Shown: positions 37,441 through 48,830 of the stretch, one piece after another
Numbering within the stretch: position 1 is the stretch's first letter
Layout: each line of letters starts with the position of its first letter
Assembly (NCBI GenBank): GCA_965113315.1
Contig: OZ220375.1
Direction: 5' to 3' (one strand)
DNA: 64,000 bases
Source: Podarcis vaucheri
Taxonomy: Eukaryota
Position numbers and translations under genes: made by a program
Notes under the pieces: model-generated
The model's input: only the letters and a program-made list of their open reading frames with translations
Database searches by the model: none
Told to the model about the DNA's origin: nothing

Positions 37441-37837
37441 GGAGGAGAAGAATGGGCAAGCCAAGGGATCCAGGAAGCACAGGACAAGGCATGGGAGGAG
37501 GGAGGAGAAGAGAAAGAGAAAGCAGTGATTGGATAGATGAATAAACAGAAAGTATAGAGGATAGATGGAACTGATGCTCTGATCTGGATTTTTGTGTGTG
37601 TGTTTTAGGTCTATCATTTTTCTCCAAGGTGGGGAGGGAAGGGAGGGAGGCCTTTTGAGATCCCAAAGGAAGGCAACGTTCCTGGGGATCATCTAGCATT
37701 GGTGACTCACTTCCAGAGTCTTGAGTTGTTCTCTCATATAATATTCCCAGCTGCTGGATATATTGGGTTGGTGATGCCTTCTTTTCTGTACACCCTCCTC
37801 CTCCCCACACATGCACCATTTTACAGCCATTATCTCC

Positions 37838-37839
<2 letters not shown>

Positions 37840-37873
<34 letters not shown>
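37840..37873. repeat. (AC)n microsatellite
   Basis: Direct read. Confidence 0.95.
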
Positions 37874-37877
<4 letters not shown>

Positions 37878-39531
37878 TGAGGAAGACAGCTATATGGGTC
37901 CCCCTTTTAGCAGCTCTGGGAGTCCCAATTCATTTTGGTAGAAATAATGAATTATGCCTCCTGGGAAAGATGGTGTGTGTCAGCAAATGGAATTCAGGGC
38001 AGAATACATGGGAGAGAGAAGAAATATTCATATATCTGATTCTGGACCGTTTTTTAATTTATTTTTTTGGTGTGGGACGGACTGATGCAAGGTCAGACAC
38101 AGAGAATTAATGGAAATGCCAGGAAGAGAAGACCTTGCTAGCACCTTCTTTCCACCTTCTGAGCTTCTCTTCTTCCAAATAGCCCCCAAATCCTAAGTCT
38201 CCAGTTCTTCATCCAACCTATTAGGACCCTGTTTGAAAAGATAGAGGTTTTGTCCTCTTACCACCACCCTGTCAAACCCAATCCTGCCCCCACCCCTCTG
38301 GGTTGGGATCCAGCTGTCCTTCCGTCAGCACAGAAATAGCCCCCTGTGCCTGAAATGAATGAGGGAGCATACTGAAGTAGCAGATGGGGAATCCAGTAGG
38401 GGTGAGAAGTAAAGGAAAAGTGTGTGTGTGTGTGTGTGTGCGCGCGCGCTTGGTGGTGGGCATAAAGTCAGGAAAAAGAAAAAGGAGGACATGTTATTCT
38501 GGTCCCTGGAAGAGTCATGGTTTGGCCGCCACTGTTACCCTGAGATGACTTTGGCTCTCCCCCTTGGCTGTTCAAAGCTTCTACTCTACAAACTGGACAG
38601 CTGATGGGGGCAAATTATTATCACAAATCCAGCAAACGTTACGAGGTGTTCCCTGGACATTATGCAAGGCACCTTCAGTGGCTGGACTTTGGGGCAGAAG
38701 TCCAGGGGCCCACTCAGCAGAACGAGTAGCAGGGACTCAAACACAGCACAGCCGGCTGACTAAATTTGGAAGTAGGTGAAGTCATACACATTGCCACCTT
38801 AAGAGGACTCTCCCCCTAAGCCCAAAGTTACTTTACTGCACCACATCAGCAACCCACCTCTTCTTCTGAGCAGCAGAAGAGAAGGTCAGCTCTCACTGGT
38901 CTTTCTACTCCTTGCAAAGCCAAAGTTACCTATGAATGTGGAACTTGGAAGAGAGGTGTCCTTTGGTGCAGGACTTCTGCATTCAGAAGGGGAAAGGATT
39001 GCCAGAGGTGGGCAGGGAAGGGAAGAGCTACTTATTCAGGGAGAATGCTAGCTATTCGGGGAGAAGCATGGGGTTTATTGAGTTAAAGCAGGGTAACCAA
39101 TGTGATGCGCTCCATGTGGTGTGTTTTTTTTACTACAACAAGCATCATCCCTGATCATTGGCCATGCTGGCTGGGGCTGTTGGGAGCTGTGGTCCAAATC
39201 GCACCATGGTAGCTACTCCTGGTATAAAGCAAGGGCTGCTGTAGATCTAGAACAACTGGGTTCCTGGAGGAGGAGGCGAGTCTGTCAAGGTCTGGAGCAG
39301 ACAGGATGTCTGGGACCTCTGGGAGTAGCAATAGAAGTGTTGGTTGAGGTTTAGAACAGGGTGGGCTTTGGAAGCACAAGACTCCTGGGTACTCGGTGGC
39401 ACAGAGTGAGATTTGTGGAGGGAAGTGGCAGGAAGCTTATTTTAGACCCTTGAGATGGGCAAATGCGGTATGACGAAAGATGTCAAAGAAGAGCAAGTAA
39501 CCCCTCCCTGCCTCTTGAACACACGCGCACG

Positions 39532-39563
<32 letters not shown>

Positions 39564-41198
39564 GGGATTGGTTAATAGTATTAACTTAATATTGTATGGA
39601 TGGAAGTTATATAAAGGGGCATTGTAACGAGTTAGGTCATTGCAGAGGACTGTGATTCAGGCTGCAATGACGTCCTGAGGATAACTGGTGTCAGATCTGT
39701 TTCCAGCAAAGATATTTGAAAGTGGAGGTAGGCACAATAAGCCGATATAGCAGAGATGGGTAGCTTTAGAGAGAAGTTGAACTTCAAACAACGGCATGCA
39801 TATGAAGGGTGCAGAAGGGGCCTTATGCTGCAACCCTCATCAAATCACTTACTTTGGAGACGCATGAAAAGGAAAGGTTCTGGAGAAAGCTTGCATGCGG
39901 TTTCTAATATTTTGGTTGACCTAATAAAGGTATTGCCCTAATGTGAATTTTGAAATTATTTTGGAGTGCTTCTTGTTTTCATGTTTCACGGGGCTGGCCA
40001 TGTCAGTCTGTTGCTGCATTGTGTGGCCCCTGAAAGATCAACACTTCTTTTTTTTCATGGCGTAAGGTTTTCTGGACTAGAGAGTCCGCTTCATCGGAGT
40101 TATGCCTTTCATTCTTTCCCCCCTCATCGAGGAAGCTCTAGAGTAAGGTGATGACTGCTGCAAGTGTCTCACAAGTGGGGAGCAACAGAACGGGCTGGCA
40201 GTGAGAACACAGCAGAATGGTTTGGAGAAGGCGTTTTGGAACAAAGTTCGGCTTAATGCAGGGAGCATGATAAGAAGAAAACTGGGAAATGGAGGTCAAG
40301 AAAGAACTGTGAGGTGAAGAAAAAGGTGCTGAGAAAAAACTGTGAGGTGAAGGTTAGCAGATACATTATCAGCAAAAGGGAGAGGGGGGAAGGCGTGGGT
40401 TTATGGGCAGGGGTCAGAGGCTGAAGGATGGAGAAAAAACTGAGCAAGGAGTATTGAGAGGGGAAAGACTTAAGGTTGATTTCAGGCCAGAGGTAGAAAA
40501 CAAGCTCTGATTTAGCTCCCTTCTGGAAGGGGAGAAAAACGGGGAAGGGGGTAAATGCCACTGGAGATGCAGTGGAGGACGAGGGAATTTAGCAGACCAG
40601 TTTCAAGCCTGGGGTCCTGGAGTTGAACATAGAAGCAAGGAAGTTCTGTTTTTTATTGAATTGAAGTCAGCCTTATTTTTGTGGAGAAGGCTAAGACAGC
40701 CTCTCCCTTCTCCAGTCTTCCCACTATTCCCATATTACGGTCTTGCTGCTCTTTCCAAAGTCTACCACACATACATCCTTCTGCCTGGGCACAATAAGGG
40801 GCCCAGGAGCTCAGAAAGCAAGGCCTTGGCTGTCATCCTTCCTGACCCCATCTTTCAGCTCCCTCACCCCCTCTTCGCCCCTCTCATGTGAAATCCGTGT
40901 CACATTAAACTATTATGCAACAAAGTAAAGATGCTCAAATGACCTTGCTCTCAAATGCACACACCTCAATGCCAGCCTTTTTTTTTTAATAAAAAAGGGC
41001 ACCCAAGGCTGCAGTGCTTTGGCCCTTTCTTCAGAGTATTAATGACTGAACTGGACATTATGCATGTCAACACTGCCCCCCACCTGACACTGTGTACTAA
41101 TTCATTAATTTTCTCTCCAGTTCTATCATTTTCTTCCTCTCTCTATACATAGCATCATAGAATAACCTCTATCAACAATACTTACAGGCAGGGAGAAA

Positions 41199-41199
<1 letters not shown>

Positions 41200-41241
<42 letters not shown>
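41200..41241. repeat. (CT)n microsatellite
   Basis: Direct read. Confidence 0.95.
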
Positions 41242-41245
<4 letters not shown>

Positions 41246-41291
41246 GAATTCTCTCCCTATGCTGCCGCTATTACTGGATGTAACACTGCAG

Positions 41292-41312
41292 TTCAGTACC
41301 ATGGAGAGCGGC
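41292..41312 (+). promoter_or_regulatory. RE1/NRSE (REST-binding) element in KCNC3 intron
   Basis: TTCAGTACCATGGAGAGCGGC matches 18 of 21 positions of the consensus TTCAGCACCATGGACAGCGCC, with canonical spacing. Confidence 0.7.
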
Positions 41313-43602
41313 AAGGAATGAAGGGGAGGGAATGGATTAAACTGCAATAGTCCTTCAGCGCCTGGGGTAAAAGTGGGCATCTTTCCACAATACTGGAGGG
41401 GAAGTGGGGGGTGGGATTTGCTTCCTGTGGAGAGCTGTGGGTAAAGGATTGCTTGGGGACCCCCAGGCACCCATGATTTTCAGAGGAAAAGTTGATGGAA
41501 AGGAGTCAAGTGTGATTTGGCAAGAGGGCTTTCTGAAACTCCAGGGGTTTCTGTGAAGGGTATGTAGAGGGGTCAGATAGTGAGGAGAGAGGACTAAACG
41601 GACAGTAAAAATGTTTGGGCTCTGTGAACTGAAAGCAGGGGGTGAGTATACAGATTGACAGAAAGTAGGGAAGGAATGGGATGCTCAGATTGCTGAGTTA
41701 TTGAGCAAAGCCACACGGCAGTGCAGTTAGGTAAGTTAAGATTGTGGACAGTGCGGTCGCACAAGGGGTCCCTGTTTAGATGGCAATGTATATATCTTCA
41801 CTTACTCTGAAATGCAGTAAGCCAGTCCCGCTGTATTTGCGGGGCAGGAGGAGGGCTTCCTTTCATTCTGAGTGGGGCACAGATGGCACCACTGAGGTCA
41901 CACAGGACCAAGAGTGATAGAGTGTGAGAATGCATGTTTGAAAGAATATACAAGAGCTTCTGTGGAAAGACTGGAATTACTGAGTCGGGATGTGTGTGTG
42001 TGTGAGTATGTATGTATGTACGTGCAAAGCCAGGATCATCTTGGTCTTGGAAGGAAATTGAGTGGACAGAATGCTTTAAGAGTACCTACCGCTCTAACCT
42101 GCACTATGAATCCGTATTCATTTAACTGGATATCTGAAATTTTGACCCACTGAGTTTAGTGGTTTAAGAGCAGAGGCAGAATTACATGGCAGGACTCTTG
42201 ATTTGGGGGACAAAGAGTGACTCTAGGGAATAAAAGGGGAGATTTACTGGGTCACCGAGTAGGTAGCAGATAAGGCTCCAGGAGTGTGAAATGAGAAGGG
42301 ACAATGGCAATGACAGTTCCCCAATTGCCACGAAAGGTGTTGGATTTGCAGGGGAAAATATGAGAACTGCTCAAGAACTGCTGGTTTTTTAAATCAAGGG
42401 AGCGGATATACTGGGATAGGGGTAGTTGAATTAGAGGAGTGTTGAGTCTAGGAGGTTAAAACAGTCAGAGCTGGCAACTAGGTCTCCTAGATTCATTGGA
42501 GAAGGAGATGGGCTTGCGAGTTAAGATGGTGTTCAGAACCAGAACTTCTGTAGCCTTTGGGACAAGAATGGAGGCTGGCAAATTTGAATTGGGCTGCTGA
42601 ATGCCAAAACTCTCTGAGTGAGGAGGTGTTTAAACTAGCACAAGGGGACACTAGAGAATTGGGATGCTTGAGCCCCATATTGTAATAAATAAGAGAAGCC
42701 ACCCTTTGTAGCTGGCTCTTGCCAGCATCTGGAATCTGTTCCCTTTCTGCAGTCATTATTCACAAGAGTCATTAAAAGCCTTAAAAAAAAAAAAATCCTC
42801 TCTCCCCCCTCCCTTCCCCCACATATCTACTTTCCTTTGAATTCCCTAAGAAGCTGAACCAGAATTTCTGCACTGGCTTGCTAATCATGCAGGGAAGACG
42901 AAAGCCAGAGAATTAATATGAAAGGGAAGGGGGCACAGCAAGGATCTCCAGCAAAGGGACACGTAAATTTGTGCAGAGTTTGCTAAAAGGATAAAAGAAA
43001 GACTCAGCTCTGTTGCAGTGTTGGCACTGTCTCTCTAGTGCCTCCTATAGGACAAAAAGACTTTGCCTTCTCTTTCAGCGTCAAGAATAAAAGCAATGTT
43101 TGCACATCACAGGTGAGGATGGGATGGAGAGGCAGAGGTGAACTTGGTTAAAAATAAATTCCCTTAGCACAGAAGCTGGTACTGGCTCTCAGTCTGCTGG
43201 ACAGACACAAATACTTTGGATGCATCAACCTTTTTTGGTCCAAGGTTCAACTTTATAGCTGATTACAGAGAAGGGGTATATTGGATTTTAACTCAGAACT
43301 TCCCTTGCAAGGCTGGCAGGAAAAGAAAAAAATCATCCATTTTATATGATGCTGAAGTCGGGGTTCCTAGTTCCCGATTTGATTTAAAAGTGCAGATTTG
43401 CCCTGAACAAGGATCTGGGCGTGAAAAATGCATGCAGTGATAAATGATACTTATCTGATTTTCATCTTTTTAAACATACTCCCTGAAAGAACACATTCCC
43501 CATTTATTCCATATAACCCTTTGCGTACTGAAAACAGGCTTGTCTGAGTTACGTGGCCATACTTTGTTCTCTTGTGCATGTATACCTAAAAATATATACA
43601 TT

Positions 43603-43643
43603 AATATAATATAATATAATATAATATAATATAATATAATATA
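43603..43643. repeat. (AATAT)n pentanucleotide repeat
   Basis: Direct read. Confidence 0.93.
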
Positions 43644-46600
43644 CAGGAACCTTATTACAAAGATGAAGCTGCTTTGCCTGTGATATTTTCCCTAATTGTT
43701 ATGTAGCTGTGAGTATACGTATGAGTTTGCTGTCCACACAGCTAATGAAGAAATAAACTTTCATGCCATACTTCAAACGTGGTTAAAGTACAAAATAGTA
43801 GTGTTGGGAGAAATGTAAAGGGAAATAACAGTCCTGAGTACATATATTTATGCTTTGCATTTGCATACAGGCATATGTACACATACATGCACTTTGTCTT
43901 TAATTTATGAGTAAGCGCCATTTGTACACTACAAATGACAATTTGAGACTGCATCCCTGAGCACATTTGCTAGCTGCAAAGTCCCACTGAACTTCCAAGC
44001 AAACAAGCTTGGAATTACATTGGGTTTAATCAAATTATGTTATATACTGTAATATGTTTCTCTACCCACACAAATGGGAATATATACATGATTATACATA
44101 ATTACTCAAGGAACTGCCATTGAGCCCGTGACAAAAGTTTTAAGGTTGCCTCTTGGTTTATATTTGGTGCACCACATTAATGCAGCTGCCCCTCTGGAAC
44201 TTTTTCCTTGTCTATATACCATGAAGGGACTTGAAGTGCTTCCAGGATCAAAGTTGGGACACAGTCCAGTTTAAAAGAAGGTGCAACTGATAGAGAAAAG
44301 CCAAACTTAAAAAGAACGATTGTGATGTGAAAAGATCTGGGAAGGAGAGGAAGAAGAGGATCTCCGTGTGTGTCTTTATTCATTCATTGTCTATTTGTTC
44401 TCTCAACGCACACACTTTACCCCTCTCTGATACGCAGGGACTTAGATGCAGCTATCAAATATGCTCTGGTACAGATTTTGTAGCCCCGGCCTGCCTATGC
44501 ATCACTATAAAATATGCATGCTGGTGTGTGCAGAGTGAACGAAAACGAAGCAAATGTGTCTTTGCGTATTGGAGAAGCATTATTCAGAAGTGCATTTTGG
44601 CCCATCAATCTATTCACTATGCTGTCCACCGATATGGTTTTCTATCTCCTCTTCCCCAGTCCATATTCCTTCCTTCTGACTGCCTGTCTGGCAAGGATAG
44701 TGGTGGATGGGGGCCAATCTCTTTGCATCCTTTTTCATAAGCAGGTAATTCAAACACTGTGCTCAACTCCCCCCCCCCAACTTTGCAAACTTCAGTACTG
44801 ATTTGCGACTTTCTCTTATGCATACACAAATGCCTAAAGAGAGAAGGTTGTGTGTGGGGGGGTGCTACTGTAGTTATAGCACATATATGCCATTTCTGTA
44901 AATGCATTAAGTGGGGAGCTACCGTTATATCGGCTGGTAGTGGGGAGATGCTGGCTTCAGTTCTCAACCAGCTCCTCTGTTTATGGAATCCCTGACGTGA
45001 TGTCCACCTGAATGCAGCATTGCCTCATAGTCCCGTTGGTTTCTTGGCTCCCACTGACAGCAAACCCCCTCCCTTCCCTGCTCCCCAACACTCCTGCCCT
45101 CTCTTCCTCCCTGCTGTAACTTTTTCTGGCTGCATTCCCAACTGCATGGGGGAGGATGGGGGGGCTGAATAAAGGGACCGGACAGGCCTTGCACCCTTGA
45201 GAACAGCTGCCTGGGGCGAGGGGAGGGGGAATGGATTGCAGAATGCTGGCTTTGCACTGCAAACTCTGGGGCTTCCACACTGCACTGCGGTGCCCCCTCC
45301 CCCCCTCTTCTCAACCCGCTGGCTCTGCAGTTCTAGAGATAGCAAAGCACTAATATTGTCCTAGAGGTAATGCTGGAGGGGTTGCCGGGGGTGGGGGGGG
45401 AAGGAGAGAGAGAACAAGCAGCAGCCTTTCATTACCCCCCCTTCAGCTGCTCTGCAAAAAGAAGTTATACAGTGCTTTTCCTAAAGAAAGGCTTTAGCTG
45501 CATAGGCTAAAAAAAGAAAAGGGGAAAAGAACGGGGTGGAATGCAGTAAGGGGAGCGATATTTGGGGGTGCAGTGCAGGATGGGGGATTCTAAACTGCAG
45601 TGTCTGGGAAGGGGGCAGTTTTGAGCAGCATTATTCAAGCACACTGGGGGGGGGGAGCCAATTCAGAACTGCATTGCTGAAGATTGGGGGAGGAGATCTG
45701 GAGTTTCTCCCTGGATAGATGATGTCGATTTGGGCTGAATGGAGAGAAAAGGAAAGATCCCTAGATTTGGCAGTGGGGCATGCAGTGGGGGCGGGGGGAC
45801 TACGCAAAACTGCAGTGAGACCAGAGGATTCCAAAATTCAGGAAGGGCGCAAGTGAGACCTGAGATAAACTGTGTGTGGAGGGGGTGGGGAGACCAGAGA
45901 GGAGGAGGACAGGGGACCTTATTTTGGGGGACAGTGAAGAAAGGACTCGGAGCTGTTTTAGCAGCACCTCCTGCTGGAGATCAAGGCATTCACCCTGACA
46001 CCGATAAGCAAGTCATAAGCCCAGCGCATGCGTGTCAGGATCCTCCTGCTGCTACACACTACTACACTCATTCGCACGCTCATGTCCCGTGGTGCTCAAC
46101 TCTTGAGCTCAACTTTTTTCCTTGCACCCCCTTTTCACTGCCACCAGCAGCATTCCTTGCATGATCCCCCTTCCTTTCCTCACGCTCCTTTCTCCTTCTT
46201 AGAGTTCCATTTCTCACACTTTGGTCTCTTGCATGCTTTCCCTGAACCGGAATCACTGCCCCTCTCTGTCAGGCTCGTTCAGTCACCCCCTCTTAGCCTG
46301 CACATTAACCTCTCCTATTTTCTGCAACATTTTGCATGCCTCAACATGGCTGAGTGCACCTCTTCCAGTGCCCTTGCACACCTCTGAAACCTGCACCATT
46401 CTCTGTTCCACATTCTGTATTCTCCCAGCCAACCATTCCTTCCTCTAGATGTCTGTTTGCAGCATCTGACTATCATATGTTCTCTCTACAGGGCACTTCA
46501 GTGCACGGTGCACATCGCTTGTGTGTGCCTAAGATGTGACTGGTGCCATCAGCTCCTGAAAAACATCCCTGCCTGCAGAACATCTCCATTTCTCAGTCTG

Positions 46601-47599
46601 TTCTGTTTGCACACTCAGACTGGCAACCTCATCTTTTCTACTGCATAATCTGCCTTCACCTCCAGCACCCAGTGCCACTCACACATCCTTCTCTCCCCCC
46701 CCTTTTGCACATCCATCCATGCTTACCAAGCATTGCACATGGACCCTTGCACACCAGTCCCTCTGCGCTAGTCTGCGCATTGTGCCATTGCCCATTTCGC
46801 TTGGGACAAGTCTTGCACATCTCAACTGCACCTCCAACATTAGCCTGCACCTCCACTCTTGACCATTTACATCTCACCTTTTCTGCCTGCCCCTTGCACC
46901 CCTTTTTCTTAAAAGTACAATTTCGGAGCGGGGGGGAGGTTTCTTTGGGAAGTTGTCAGGGTTTACAGCAAAGAAGAAGGCTAGAAGGCCTGCTGTTGCA
47001 CAGAGCCAAGGGACATTTGCGAAACAAGCAAAAGAACATTTAAAGAGAAATTTCTCCTGCTTACTCTGTCCCACCTCCAGCCATAACCAGAGACTGGGAG
47101 AACGAACTCAGTTCAGGGAGGCAGAGCTCATGCTTTGGACTCAGTCCCAGCTTTAATTTTTGCCTCACCAAGTAAAAAGTAGCAGGACTGAGGAAGACTC
47201 TGCCTGAGACCTTGCAAAGCCATCTCTTGTCGGAGTAGTCATTCTGGGCTAAAAAAACCTGGGACCTGACTCAGTGTAAGGGAGGGAGAGAAAAGCAAGG
47301 GTGCTCGCCTCTCCTCTCCCCTACACAAACCAAGGCTGCCCTCAAACCTTTCTGCACTTCCTTGGCCCCAATGAACAGAGTGGGATTAACTTCTGCCAGC
47401 CTTAACTATGCTTGCCCCTATTCTGCTACTCTCCCCTGACTCCTCTTGTCAACATTTAGATCTGTAAGTTCCTGGGGGCAGGGACCCTGCCTCCCCGCTC
47501 CCCTGCTTGCCTTCCTCTGTGCCACTAGTGGGGACAAGAGCCTCAATGCTAAGATGCTAAGAGCAATAACAGCAGCAGCAGTCATAGGTATCTCTATCC

Positions 47600-48830
47600 T
47601 GCTCCTCCATGCTGCCCACACCAGGTGAGCGGGTGGGTGCCCCGCGCCCCCAGCCCAGCGCTACTCACCCTGGCCATCCTGGAGGAGTAGGGGTCCTCGA
47701 AGAGCGCCCACACCTTGGGCTGCATGGCGGCCCACCGGCCGAGCTTGCGCCCGTCCTCCTGCAGGCAGTGGCGCTTGAGGTCTCCGCTCTCCTCATCGTC
47801 CTGGCTCTCGGGCGTCTCGAAGCTGTCGAGGGCCTCCTCGGCGTCGCGGTGCTGCCGGTAGTTCATCCAGCAGCAGGCTTCCACGTCGGTCTCGTCGATG
47901 CCCCAGAAGGCCAGCTCCTCCTCGAAGAGGGGCCCGCACACGTCGGCCGGGCAGTGCAGCTTCCCCGTGCGGTAGTAGTTGAGCACGTAGGCGAAGACCT
48001 GCGGGTGCCGGTCGAAGAAGAACTCGTCGGCCTTGGGGTCGTAGTCGAAGTTGCTGCACGCGTCGGGCTCGGTGAGCCACGACAGCCGCGTGCCCGGCAG
48101 GGTCTTGAGGGTGCTGCGGTACGTCTCATGCCGGATGCCGCCCACGTTGATGACTATCTTGTCGTTGTCTTCGTTCCGGCCCATCTCCCCTTTCAAACAT
48201 GACTTGGACGGCGGCTTGTTCCCAGACTTGCGCCCGCGGAAAGAGGAGACGCACACTGAGCTCAGCATCGGCGGCGCGGGCCGAGGCGGGGGGCCGCCCC
48301 CCGACGGTGCGCAGGTGTCAAATCAGGGCGCGAGGCGTCATCCTGGCCCCTCCTCCTCCTCGGCCACCCCCTCTCCCCCCACCCCTCCTGCCGCGGGGAA
48401 AGGAGAAGGCAGGAGGGAGCGCGGCCCAAGAGGGGAGGGGGGCGAGGCTCTTTCTAGACGGGGCGGGCGCAGTAGCAGCAGCAGCAGGAGGAGGCAGGAG
48501 TTGGCAGAGAAAGAGCCCGCGGCGCAGCGCCGGGGTCTGCGAAAGAGAGGGACAGAGAGAGAGAGAGAGAAAGGGACAGGGAAGGTGAGTGCGGACGGCT
48601 GCTCCGCCACAGTCCTCCGCAGCCTCGGCCGCTCTCCCTCCGCTCGCTGCCCTCCATCGCTCCCGTCCCCACCATCCATCTATCCATCCGCACGCCGACA
48701 CTCCGCTCGGACCGCCGTCCTTTCCATTGTCCGTGGCCCCTGCCATCCTCGCCCCTTCTTCCTCTCGCTCCCTCCATGGCGCTTCTTAGCCACTCGCGCT
48801 CCCTGCTGCGTTACGCCTTCGCCCTCCCCA
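47600..48830. promoter_or_regulatory. CpG island over the first coding exon and 5' UTR of KCNC3
   Basis: Very high GC and CpG density compared with the rest of the window. Confidence 0.85.
47669..48268 (-). CDS. KCNC3: Kv3.3 first coding exon: N-terminal inactivation peptide plus T1 (BTB) tetramerisation domain, 200 codons
   Basis: Translates [14 protein letters not shown]...[26 protein letters not shown]...FFFDRHP...[30 protein letters not shown]...[14 protein letters not shown], which is the Kv3 T1 domain. The [13 protein letters not shown] start is the Kv3.3 signature. Ends at donor AGG|gtgagt (GT 47668-47667), phase 0. Adjacent to a napsin-like gene as in mammals. Confidence 0.95.
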
